In this document: piece by piece, positions 51,804 to 60,663 of the stretch
Layout: each line of letters begins with the position of its first letter
Position numbering within the stretch: the stretch's first letter is position 1
Assembly (NCBI GenBank): GCA_963788655.1
Contig: CAWBHS010000062.1
Coordinates: 64,001 to 128,000, forward strand
Source of the DNA: an uncultured Verrucomicrobiae bacterium
Lineage (GTDB): Bacteria > Verrucomicrobiota > Verrucomicrobiia > Limisphaerales > JAFGQR01
Direction of reading: 5' to 3'
DNA: 64,000 bases
The notes under the pieces: generated by a model
Databases searched by the model: none
Seen by the model: only the letters and a program-made list of their open reading frames with translations
What the model was told of the DNA's origin: nothing
Program-made: the position numbers and the translations under genes

Positions 51804-53216
51804 ATGAAAGACATTCCAACCTCCTCAATGAACCGCCGCAAATTTCTCGGCGCGACCGCCGCCTCCGTGGCAGCATTCAGCCTGGTGCCCCGTCACGTGC
51901 TCGGCGGTCCCAAATTCGTGGCCCCGAGCGAAAAAGTAAACATTGCCCTGATCGGTGCCGGCGGCCAGGGCCGCACCAACGTCCAGGCGTTGTTCCGCGA
52001 AGCCGACGCCCAAATTATTGCCATTTGCGACCCGTGCGAAGAGGCCGACTACAGTCCTTTTTACTTCAAAGGAAAGGCGGGCCGGAAGCCGGTCAAAGCC
52101 CAGATTGAACAACATTACTCCGGCAAGAGCCCGAACTTCCGCTGCACGGAATACGAAGACCTCCGGAAGATGCTGGAGCAGGAGAAATCGATCGATGCCA
52201 TATTGTGTGCGACCTCCGACCATGCCCATGCCGTCGCCACGGTGATGGCCATGCGACATGGTAAACACGTGTATTGCGAAAAGCCGCTCACGCACAACGT
52301 GTGGGAAGCGCGCCAAGTCGCGAAGGTCGCCAAGGAAACCGGCGTGGCCACGCAACTGGGCAACCAGGGGCATTCCGGCGAAGGCATTCGAGCCACTTGC
52401 GAATGGATCTGGTCGGGCGCCATTGGGAACGTGCGCGAAGTCCATGCGTGGAGCGACGCGAGCGGTTGGGCGGATGGCCCGGGGCGTCCGAAGGAAACAC
52501 CGCCGGTGCCGAAGACGTTGAATTGGGACCTCTGGCTCGGACCGCGGGCCATGCGTCCCTACAGTCCGGATTACACGCCGTACAATTGGCGAGGGTGGTG
52601 GGCGTTTGGCAATGGGGCCATTGGTGATATGGCCTGCCATAATCTTGACCCGGCCGTGTGGGCGCTGGACTTACGGACGCCCATCAGTGTGGAAGCCTGT
52701 GCGCATCACGTCGATTCGGAAGTCGTCTGCCCGTGCGCGATGTTCACTTACAAATTCGGCGCGCGCGGCAAGCAACCACCGGTAACTGTTACGTGGTACG
52801 ACGGCGGCATGCGCCCGCCGCGTCCTGATGAACTGGAAGACGGCGACGTATTTGGCGGTGGGGGCAATGGCATTCTGTTCGTCGGCGACAAAGGCAAGAT
52901 CATGTGCGCTGGTTGGGGCGGGACACCGGTTCTCCTGCCGCAGTCGCTCATGGACAGTTTGCCGCGGCCGGCGAAGACCATTCCGCGTTCGAAAGGCCAT
53001 CATCGCGATTGGCTGGATGCGTGCAAAGGCGGCCAACCCGCGAGCAGCAATTTCGAATACGGCGCCCGCCTGACCGAAATCGTGCTGCTGGGCAACGTAG
53101 CGTTGCGCACGGGCAAGAAGCTCCACTGGGATGCGCCCAACATGAAAGCCACCAACGCGCCCGAAGCCGACCGGATCCTCAAGGAACGGTATCGCAGTGG
53201 TTGGGAAATAGCGTAA
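51804..53216 (+). CDS. Gfo/Idh/MocA oxidoreductase, Tat-exported
   Basis: NRRKFL; IGAGGQG, DHAH, YCEKPLT and GAIGDMACH motifs. Confidence 0.93.
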   Translation: MKDIPTSSMNRRKFLGATAASVAAFSLVPRHVLGGPKFVAPSEKVNIALIGAGGQGRTNVQALFREADAQIIAICDPCEEADYSPFYFKGKAGRKPVKAQIEQHYSGKSPNFRCTEYEDLRKMLEQEKSIDAILCATSDHAHAVATVMAMRHGKHVYCEKPLTHNVWEARQVAKVAKETGVATQLGNQGHSGEGIRATCEWIWSGAIGNVREVHAWSDASGWADGPGRPKETPPVPKTLNWDLWLGPRAMRPYSPDYTPYNWRGWWAFGNGAIGDMACHNLDPAVWALDLRTPISVEACAHHVDSEVVCPCAMFTYKFGARGKQPPVTVTWYDGGMRPPRPDELEDGDVFGGGGNGILFVGDKGKIMCAGWGGTPVLLPQSLMDSLPRPAKTIPRSKGHHRDWLDACKGGQPASSNFEYGARLTEIVLLGNVALRTGKKLHWDAPNMKATNAPEADRILKERYRSGWEIA

Positions 53217-53274
53217 TGCTACGGGTCGGGCACGCAGAGGACTGCGCGCCCGCCCCTGCGGCGAAATTGTTCAA

Positions 53275-53328
53275 GACACGAATTGCACGAATGGACACGA
53301 ATTCGTGAACATTCGTGCAATTCGTGTC
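53275..53328. repeat. Nonamer-built hairpin between convergent genes (possible bidirectional terminator)
   Basis: GACACGAATTGCACGAATG..CATTCGTGCAATTCGTGTC. Confidence 0.7.
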
Positions 53329-53350
53329 AACTTTCTGGGCTGAGACCGGG

Positions 53351-54702
53351 TCAGAGCACCCAACCGTTGCGGTAATCGCGGTGCAGCAATTGATCGGCGC
53401 GCTTTGAGTTGCGAATGTGGCAACTGAGCGGATCGAATTCCAACACCTCGCCTGGTACCAGCGTTGCCAGGTTGGCCAGTTGCATCAGTTCGGTAAGCGG
53501 CCCGCCGATTTCGAAACCGGAGAACGTCTTGCCGTTGCCGCGGCACGCTTCGACCCATTCTTTGTGGTGGCCGGGGGAACGAGGCAATGTTTCGGGCGGA
53601 CCTCCTTTGAAGCCGTCGAATTTCTTTTCCGGCAGCAAAATGTATCGCGTGTTCCACGGATCTTCGGAGAGCAACGAGCCCTTCGAACCCACCAACAAGT
53701 CGCCCCAATCGCTCATCGGATAATCCAAGGTCAATTCTTTCGCCGGTTTTTCCTTGGCGTAAATCGTCAACTTCACCGGCGGCAACTCGCCGCGCGCCGG
53801 CAGGTCGAACATGGCGCGCATTGCGCGCGGGTAGCCTTCTTCATTGACTTCCGACGGTTTGGCTTCCACCCGAATGATCGGTGGTTGGGACGGTTTGCCA
53901 TTGGGCGGTTCCCACAATTGTTCCAGCCGCAACGCCCGGAACATGATGTTGCCGGTGTGACAGCCGAAGTCGCCGACAATCCCGCTGCCAAACGCGCGCC
54001 ATCCCCGCCAACTTGCCGGGAGATAACATGGATTGTAAGGCCGCTCGGGCGCCGGCCCCAGCCACAGATCCCAATTCAACGTGGCCGGCACGGGCGGCGT
54101 GTCGGTGGGACGTTTCAGCGGGCCGTTGCCACCATTAAACCAGACATGGGCTTCGCGGATGTCGCCCAGGACACCGCCCCAGGCCAGTTCGACCGCGCGC
54201 CGCAAGCGGCCGGAAGCCGATCCCTGGTTGCCCATCTGCGTGACCACTTTGGTTTGGCGGGCGGTTTCGCGCATGATGCGGGCTTCGCGGACGGTGCGGG
54301 TGAGCGGTTTCTCGCAGAAAACGTGTTTGCCGTGTTTCATGGCCGCCACCGCGGCTACGGCATGCGTGTGATCCGGCGTTGCCACGACGACGGCGTCAAT
54401 GTCCAGGTTCTTGTCTTCCAGCATCCGCCGGTAATCGTGGTACGCTTTGGCTTGCGAAAACTTCTTGAACGTGCCGGCCGCGCGTTGCTGATCCACGTCG
54501 CACAAGGCTACAATGTTCACCTCGCACTTGGAAATGTTGTCCAGGTCGCCCCCCCTTGGCCGCCCACGCCAATGCCGGCGACGTTTAATTTCTCATTGGC
54601 GGCATAGGCAAAGGCGGATCGGGCGTCGCGCAGCAGGAGCAGGCTCGCTCCACCCACCGCGGAATGGCGTAGGAAAGTTCGTCGAGAAATGTTGGTCTTC
54701 AT
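53351..54702 (-). CDS. Gfo/Idh/MocA oxidoreductase, Tat-exported; frameshift near 54550
   Basis: SRRTFL..GIGVGG in ORF 54517-54717 continues as IVALCDVD..TPDHTH..CEKPLT in ORF 53351-54520; break lies in a C/G run. Confidence 0.9.
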
Positions 54703-54970
54703 GGAATGACGGTTCACGTGTCAGGTTTTTAATTGCTGGCCAGCACGGATCGCACCCGCGAGTCGGCCACTGGGCCAGGAGTATTGAAACAGAATGATTC
54801 GAAGTTTGCTGCAAAAAGTCGAGCGCGAAGCAAAGGCGATAGCAATAGAGCAAAAGCTATCATCTGAAAGGCACATCACACGTTTTCGTGGAGCGCGGAC
54901 ATTCCTGTCCGCCTCCGAGTTTGCCGACCGCTCAAAGCGGACAAGGGTTGCAGTGCGCGGTCACCCGACT

Positions 54971-57900
54971 TCACCGTGAATTGGACTGGGTAACGCGCAG
55001 CGGCACGGCCAGTTCGCCGGTGGCCTTTCCCTCGGTGAGCAACTCGATATGAATACGCGCTTCTCGGGCGGCCGTCGATGCCGGAGCTTGCACGATACAC
55101 TCGATTTGCTGCTCCGTGATTGGCTTCAGCGTCGTCTGCCATAACCGCGGGGCCTTCACTCGGAGCGACGGAGCCGTTACTGCTTCACCGTTCAGAGTAA
55201 ACACTGCGGTCCCGCCTTCGCTGATGGTCGGCGGGGCCGATTCCAACCGCAGCGCCGAGGCTGCCAGCGCCTTCGCCAATCCGTTCTGTGCATCCGCATA
55301 GAGCAGCATCAATGGCTCGGCGGAGACCGTAAGACTGAGGCCGCCGGCCGCGCTTTGCAGCCGGGTGCGGTCGCCGTCCACGTGGACCACCTCGACGGCC
55401 AGGTTTGCCGGCAGCGGCACGCGGATGTCGGTCCTGCCCTCGTCCCGCCACAGCACTTGCAGGCAGCCGCCTCGCACATCGCGAAACAGGTACGCCTGGA
55501 CACCGTTGGGATACTGTTGCTCCTCGACGAACTTCTTGTCGCAGATCCCATTGACCAGATCGTAATACGTGATGGCATCCAGGCGCGGATTGTAGAGGTT
55601 GTATTTGCAGTCGAAGACACAATGCGAATCGCCGAACTGGCCGCGCGCCTTGCCTTGGGGATCGGGATATTGAATCGTAAACCAACTGACCGTCGAGCCT
55701 CCCGCGGCGAAGAACACGGTGAACTTCTTGATCATCTCGAGGGCCACGGCATGCCGGGTTTGCCCTTGGCTGTTCAGACCGAGTTCGGTGGAATGAATCG
55801 GTTTCACGGCGTGATATTTCTCCATCAACGCCCGGTATTCCCGGATGGTTCGGCGCACGTTCGAGTAGTGTTCGTAGATGTGGAAATCGTAGGCGTCGAG
55901 ATAGTTTTGATAGCCAGCCTTGAAATACTCTTCATTCGGTTCGACGGAGGTTCCAATGACGTGGATGGCGGGATCGAACGCTTTGACGGTTTCATAGATG
56001 GCTCGGTAGGCGCGGACGTTATCAAGAACCTTCTGGCCGGTGCCATGCGGTTCGTTGCCCATGGCGATCATGGCCAGCCCCTTGTTGGCGTATTGCTCGA
56101 GAAAGTTCTTCATTCCCTGTCGCAGCGATTCTTCGGTGTATTCCTTGAAACCGTCCCGCTCGATACTGCTGGCGGGCGTGCCGGTGATCCATTTGGCGCC
56201 CAGTTTTTGGCAACGGTCGATGCCCGGGCCCTGGGGTTGGTAAGGTGGTTTGGCGGACCATCCTCCCCAAACGCCGATCTGGCGCAGCCCCAGCCGATCA
56301 GCCAGATCGAAGTAAACGGGAATTCGGCTGTCCCAGTTGCGGATGGTGAAAGGAATCTGCTCTGGCGCGAACTGCTTGCTGATCGCCGGCGGCAGGATGG
56401 CGAAGCCCGAGTATTCCACCTCCGCCGTGTCGCCTTCCTGCGGAATTGCCACGTGCAACTCGTAATACTTGCCCACCCGAAGCCGATTGTTCGGGATCGA
56501 GATTTTCGTGGCATAAACAAATTGCTTCCCGTCACCCTTGGTTCGCTCGAGCTTGGCCTCGCCTGGCTCCAATTGCTCGGCGCCCCAATAATCCCGCACG
56601 AAATACCGCATGACCTGTTGCGCCGTCGGCAGTGGTTTGGCCGCTTCCACCGTCACTTTGAATTGGACGGGACCGCCCGGCAGAAACAGGTTGCCCACTG
56701 CCTCCGTGGCGAGTTTGATGCGCTCGACCCGCTTCTCAATGGGCCCGGTGCTCAACGGAGCCGCCGCAAGGTCGTCCAGCCAGAAGGAACCGTAGGTCTT
56801 GCGGAGTTGAACGCGGAATCTGGCCTGCGCGGCTCCCGTGGGCAGTGTCACCGTTTGCGTTGCCGTTTGCCAATCGTGTTCGCCATACCCGATTCCCACG
56901 GGAATGGTCTCCAACACCGCGCCCGCCCGATTGAAGGCTTCGAGATCAACGCTGCCGTGATACGAGTTATCCGGACTGTGCAGTTTCGCTTTCCACGCAT
57001 ACTGCACCTGCCAGGTTCCCGGACCCACGGTGAAGATCGGGCTGGCGGCCCAGGTCGCGGTCGTCAGCGCGTTCAATGAACGTTGCAAGAGCAGCGCCTG
57101 ACCCTGGCCATTGCGGCCTGGGCCGTCGGGTCGGACTGCGCCGGCGGTTTGCCAGTTGGCCAGGGATGCCGCGGCGTCGAAGGTTTCGGTGTACGCGGCT
57201 GGTTTGATTCTGGCTTCCACCACCACCTCCGCGCGCAGATCAGCGATGAGCAAATCGGGTTGCTTGCCCGCGTGCGATTCAATGTTCAACATCAGTTCCA
57301 TGAGGCGGACGGAATCGTGCCAGACGCCGTCATTGGCGCCGCCCCAATGTTCGCTGCCCGCGATCCCGGTGGGAACAATCTCGACCTCATGCCATTGGCC
57401 ATCAGCCTGAAACGGGATGTTCTTCCGCTGATGGCATTGGTCCGTGCCATCGACCAGCCGCAACGCAAACGAGGAAACGGTTTTCGAGCGCAGCTTCATG
57501 CGGATGACTTTGATGGCCTGAACGTCCAATGCGGCGAATGATTTCCGCACGCCGACATAGGCGCCGCCGCCGGTAAAATCCGCGTGCAGGCGCATGGCGT
57601 TCTGGCCGGGTTCCGGTTGATCGCGAACCAGGTCAAGACTCCCTTTGGCGCCGGCGAATTCCTGGCCCAAGTTGAAGCCCCAGTCCAATTCGCCGGCCTG
57701 GAGCATTTCATCCAGGCGAATCTCTTTGGTGAGCGCCGCCAGCCTGGTGGTGCTGGGGTGCAGCAACACGTCGCTGATCAATACGGTTCCGTTGGTGCCG
57801 AGGTTCCGGCTGAACAGAATGACGAACAACCGACCGGGCTGGTGCCACTTGCCGTCGTTCGCGCCGCTCCATTTTTCGTATTGGGTGGCAATGTCGAGCG

Positions 57901-58363
57901 CCGCCGGCGTGCCCATCGTTTTGAAATATTCCTCGACCGGCAGGACCAACTGTTGCCAGCCGCCCTTTTCGTGAATCTTGAGCCGGATCTGATGGACTTG
58001 TTCGGAACCATCCACCAGCCGGATGGTCAGTTGCTTGGCGCCAGTCGGACAGTTCACCCAAAACGAAAGCGCCTCCACGGGCGTCTCCGGCAGAACGATC
58101 GAGGCCTCGACGTAGTTGCCGCCCTGGGTAAAATCGCCGGAGAGACTCAGGACCGGGTGATCGCGAAAAGGCTCGGCCGCCAGTTCGAGTTTGCCGCGGG
58201 CACCCGGAAACTCGGGGCCATTACCGAATTTCCAACCGCCGGCTGATTGGTGGGCATCGATGAGCGAAACCGGTTGCTGCCCGAGCGCCACGCTCGCCAA
58301 CAGCGGAATGATGCAGCTTGCCAGGCAATACTTCGACCGCGTGCAAAAGGAGGATTGTGTCAT
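54971..58363 (-). CDS. Secreted multidomain glycoside hydrolase (two CIA30/CBM11-like, one CBM4/9-like, clan-A GH39/GH5-like barrel)
   Basis: Repeated W.F..G.EF.GA.G.L..DFT.GG.YV domains; GNEP acid/base, DFHIY and HSTELG nucleophile motifs. Confidence 0.75.
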   Translation of the reverse strand: MTQSSFCTRSKYCLASCIIPLLASVALGQQPVSLIDAHQSAGGWKFGNGPEFPGARGKLELAAEPFRDHPVLSLSGDFTQGGNYVEASIVLPETPVEALSFWVNCPTGAKQLTIRLVDGSEQVHQIRLKIHEKGGWQQLVLPVEEYFKTMGTPAALDIATQYEKWSGANDGKWHQPGRLFVILFSRNLGTNGTVLISDVLLHPSTTRLAALTKEIRLDEMLQAGELDWGFNLGQEFAGAKGSLDLVRDQPEPGQNAMRLHADFTGGGAYVGVRKSFAALDVQAIKVIRMKLRSKTVSSFALRLVDGTDQCHQRKNIPFQADGQWHEVEIVPTGIAGSEHWGGANDGVWHDSVRLMELMLNIESHAGKQPDLLIADLRAEVVVEARIKPAAYTETFDAAASLANWQTAGAVRPDGPGRNGQGQALLLQRSLNALTTATWAASPIFTVGPGTWQVQYAWKAKLHSPDNSYHGSVDLEAFNRAGAVLETIPVGIGYGEHDWQTATQTVTLPTGAAQARFRVQLRKTYGSFWLDDLAAAPLSTGPIEKRVERIKLATEAVGNLFLPGGPVQFKVTVEAAKPLPTAQQVMRYFVRDYWGAEQLEPGEAKLERTKGDGKQFVYATKISIPNNRLRVGKYYELHVAIPQEGDTAEVEYSGFAILPPAISKQFAPEQIPFTIRNWDSRIPVYFDLADRLGLRQIGVWGGWSAKPPYQPQGPGIDRCQKLGAKWITGTPASSIERDGFKEYTEESLRQGMKNFLEQYANKGLAMIAMGNEPHGTGQKVLDNVRAYRAIYETVKAFDPAIHVIGTSVEPNEEYFKAGYQNYLDAYDFHIYEHYSNVRRTIREYRALMEKYHAVKPIHSTELGLNSQGQTRHAVALEMIKKFTVFFAAGGSTVSWFTIQYPDPQGKARGQFGDSHCVFDCKYNLYNPRLDAITYYDLVNGICDKKFVEEQQYPNGVQAYLFRDVRGGCLQVLWRDEGRTDIRVPLPANLAVEVVHVDGDRTRLQSAAGGLSLTVSAEPLMLLYADAQNGLAKALAASALRLESAPPTISEGGTAVFTLNGEAVTAPSLRVKAPRLWQTTLKPITEQQIECIVQAPASTAAREARIHIELLTEGKATGELAVPLRVTQSNSR

Positions 58364-58417
58364 TTCACCACCGAATTTGAAGGCGGACCGTAATCGAATC
58401 AAGGTTATTGGCTCACC

Positions 58418-58519
58418 TCACGGCACCGTGGTGGCGGTCTCGGCCTGCCGGCGCTTCAGCGCGTCCACCTCCGCTTGCAATGCGGCCAACTCGGCCACAA
58501 TCCGGCGTTGCCGCTTCAT
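58418..58519 (-). repeat. hsdS C-terminal fragment, copy 3
   Basis: MKRQRRIVAELAALQAEVDALKRRQAETAT; its ATG overlaps the stop of the upstream gene. Confidence 0.8.
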
Positions 58520-59028
58520 GTTTGATTCTCCTTTGAATACTGCCACAAGGCGCGGTCCAGTATCCGCATTGAAGCATTGGCCTGTTGGACGAGACTGCGG
58601 CAGAATTCGGTGTATTTCTGCCAAAACTGAAAGTCGTATTGTTTGGGGACATCGTGGTTCAGAGACCACAAAGCGCGATAATCTACAATGGGATACGGGT
58701 CTGAATGGAAAAAGTGGAGAATCACGGATGCCGTGGGCCAACTGACACCCCTCAATAGCGTCAGCACCTCTATTCGTAGCTGGTCCGAAGGCGTGCTGAG
58801 TGCGCAATGCGTCACATCCCTGATAAAGTCCGCAGAGTTTGTGCGGCAGCGCGGTTGCGTGCGGGGCGACTTCCAATGGCAAATCGCGATGAATTCATCC
58901 TTGATAAGAAAGCCTCTCTGCTTGACTGCTCCAAAGACAGAAAGGGCTGCCTTATCGTCATACTCATAACGCTCTGCCCAGTGCTCAATTTCTCCAACAG
59001 GAAACCTCAATTGGAACGCTGTGCTCAT
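58516..59028 (-). CDS. HhH-GPD superfamily-like protein
   Basis: WKSPR, LRGVSWPTASVIL, YPIVDYRA and RILDRALW motifs. Confidence 0.65.
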   Translation of the reverse strand: MSTAFQLRFPVGEIEHWAERYEYDDKAALSVFGAVKQRGFLIKDEFIAICHWKSPRTQPRCRTNSADFIRDVTHCALSTPSDQLRIEVLTLLRGVSWPTASVILHFFHSDPYPIVDYRALWSLNHDVPKQYDFQFWQKYTEFCRSLVQQANASMRILDRALWQYSKENQT

Positions 59029-59093
59029 AGTTCTCTTTTGAAGGCGCGGTCGAGGATGGCGGAGAGGAATGCGTCCAACTCGGCGCTGATCAT
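59025..59093 (-). repeat. hsdS C-terminal fragment, copy 2
   Basis: AELDAFLSAILDRAFKREL*; its stop overlaps the next ATG (ATGA). Confidence 0.8.
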
Positions 59094-59127
59094 GCGCTGC
59101 GCATAAATTGGAATTTAGGTTTTTTGT

Positions 59128-59969
59128 TCATTTAATCATCTTCCTTCTCGCATTCGATGGTTGCTTGCCCAGCTTTTTCAAAATCAGCTTGGCAAACTCA
59201 ATCGGGGTTTCGTCTTTTAGAGAGATGTGTCCGACTGTATGTGGTATGCCCGGTAATTCTGTTTCGTCGAAATATGCAGGCAAGATATATTCTTTGCTTT
59301 CTTTCAACGCTCTCGCCAGAGCTGAACGGCGTTCATGTCTCGTCCACATTTTCTTGGCGTAGGATTCTGAAACAAAAATAGCGCAATATTGGCCTGATTG
59401 CTGATACACTAAGTCGAAGTGCTCGGCCAGATCTTTTCCCCAAAGGTCTGCTTGTTCGAATCCGTCGTAGAAAACTCTTACGTCATTCGAACGAAGATAT
59501 TTCGCCACGCGCTCTACATATTTGCGGTCCTCTCCCGCGAAAGACAGCACCACGTCATAAGTCCGGTGAAGTCTCGACAGCATCGCTGTCGGAAGGTCGC
59601 CGTCCTTTACGGCCCAATGGGTGCGGTTAAACTCCCAGTTATGAATGCCAAGCCGATCAACAAATTCACGCACGACCGCCCTTGAAAAGCACCCCTCCTC
59701 ACTGAACTTGAAGGTCAATTCTTGGCGGCCGACCTTAATCTGTCGCAAGTAACCGCAACGAACGATGTCGGTGTTCGGACCTTCAGTGGTAGCCTCATAC
59801 ATCAACAAAGCAGGGACGTGCTCCAACTGCTTCAAGGAGGGGAGATTGCTTATTACTACGGACTCCGCCTCAGGGCCATCGCTGAACTCCTTGAACCTCA
59901 CCAGTTCCATCTCATCAGTTGGTCGGTTTCCCACGCCGTTGGATTCGATGTTACAAGTAAGCTAAACAT
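59128..59969 (-). CDS. TIR domain protein with N-terminal RTHWAVKD domain; frameshift near 59912
   Basis: MFSLLVTSNPTAW N-terminus in the adjacent frame; TIR motifs YDVVLSFAGEDR, VFYD..LWG and WTRHE. Confidence 0.85.
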
Positions 59970-59972
59970 AGG

Positions 59973-60098
59973 TCATAGATTTCCTTTAAAGGCGCGGTCG
60001 AGGATGGCGGGCAGCAACGGATCCAACTCGGTGGCGGTTTCGGCTTGCAGACGCTTGAGCGCGTCCCCCTCCATTTGCAGATCATGTAGTCCTTTCAT
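59973..60098 (-). repeat. hsdS C-terminal fragment, copy 1 (41-aa mini-ORF)
   Basis: MKGLHDLQMEGDALKRLQAETATELDPLLPAILDRAFKGNL*. Confidence 0.8.
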
Positions 60099-60145
60099 TT
60101 AGTAAAAGGCCCTCGTGCTATTTGCTTTCCGCACGAGTGAACGCC

Positions 60146-60221
60146 GAAGGCTGAAGGCTGAAGTTCTCCCGTCTCGTGTCACCAGTCTGTTTTCAGCATT
60201 TAGCATTTATCCTTTAGCCTT
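60146..60221. repeat. Heptamer (GAAGGCT/TTTAGCM) hairpin
   Basis: Opposing tandem 7-mer arms. Confidence 0.65.
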
Positions 60222-60410
60222 GTGTCCGCAGGAAATTGGCGTTGCACGCAGCCCACCGACTTCAGCGGCAGGAATCCAGACTGCTTTCCCGTTGCGCCAT
60301 CCGGCGAGCGGCCTTGACTGCCGCCGGTGTTCTTCCACGACCTTGGCCACGGCGCCACTCAACGCCTGCATGGCCTTCTGAGTCAGAGATGATTTGTTTG
60401 ATTTCTTCAT
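60207..60410 (-). CDS. Small hypothetical protein
   Basis: ATG start; AMQAL..AV..VVEEHRR..PLAGWRNGKAVWI. Confidence 0.6.
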   Translation of the reverse strand: MKKSNKSSLTQKAMQALSGAVAKVVEEHRRQSRPLAGWRNGKAVWIPAAEVGGLRATPISCGHKAKG

Positions 60411-60663
60411 GGCGCAAACTCACGCCGCAATTGTTCGTTCTTCCTTCGATTGCTGCCCAGATATGCCTGATTCTGTTGGCCATTCAAGCCTATTCGAAAT
60501 TACCAAACCCTGGCGCAGCGAGCCTGTTTGCCTGCCGGGAGTGCAGAGCGCCAGGACAAGTCTCCCCGCGTGGGCAAACGGGCGGCCAGCCAGCAGGATT
60601 TGTGGCGCACCAGGGTTCATCATTGTCAATTAGTTGCCTCGTTCGTAGCTTGAAAAACGAACA

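Noticed and set aside
58418..60098. Functional type I RM system or hsdS inversion shufflon
   Set aside because: No target-recognition domains, hsdM, hsdR or recombinase; the repeats are direct, not inverted.
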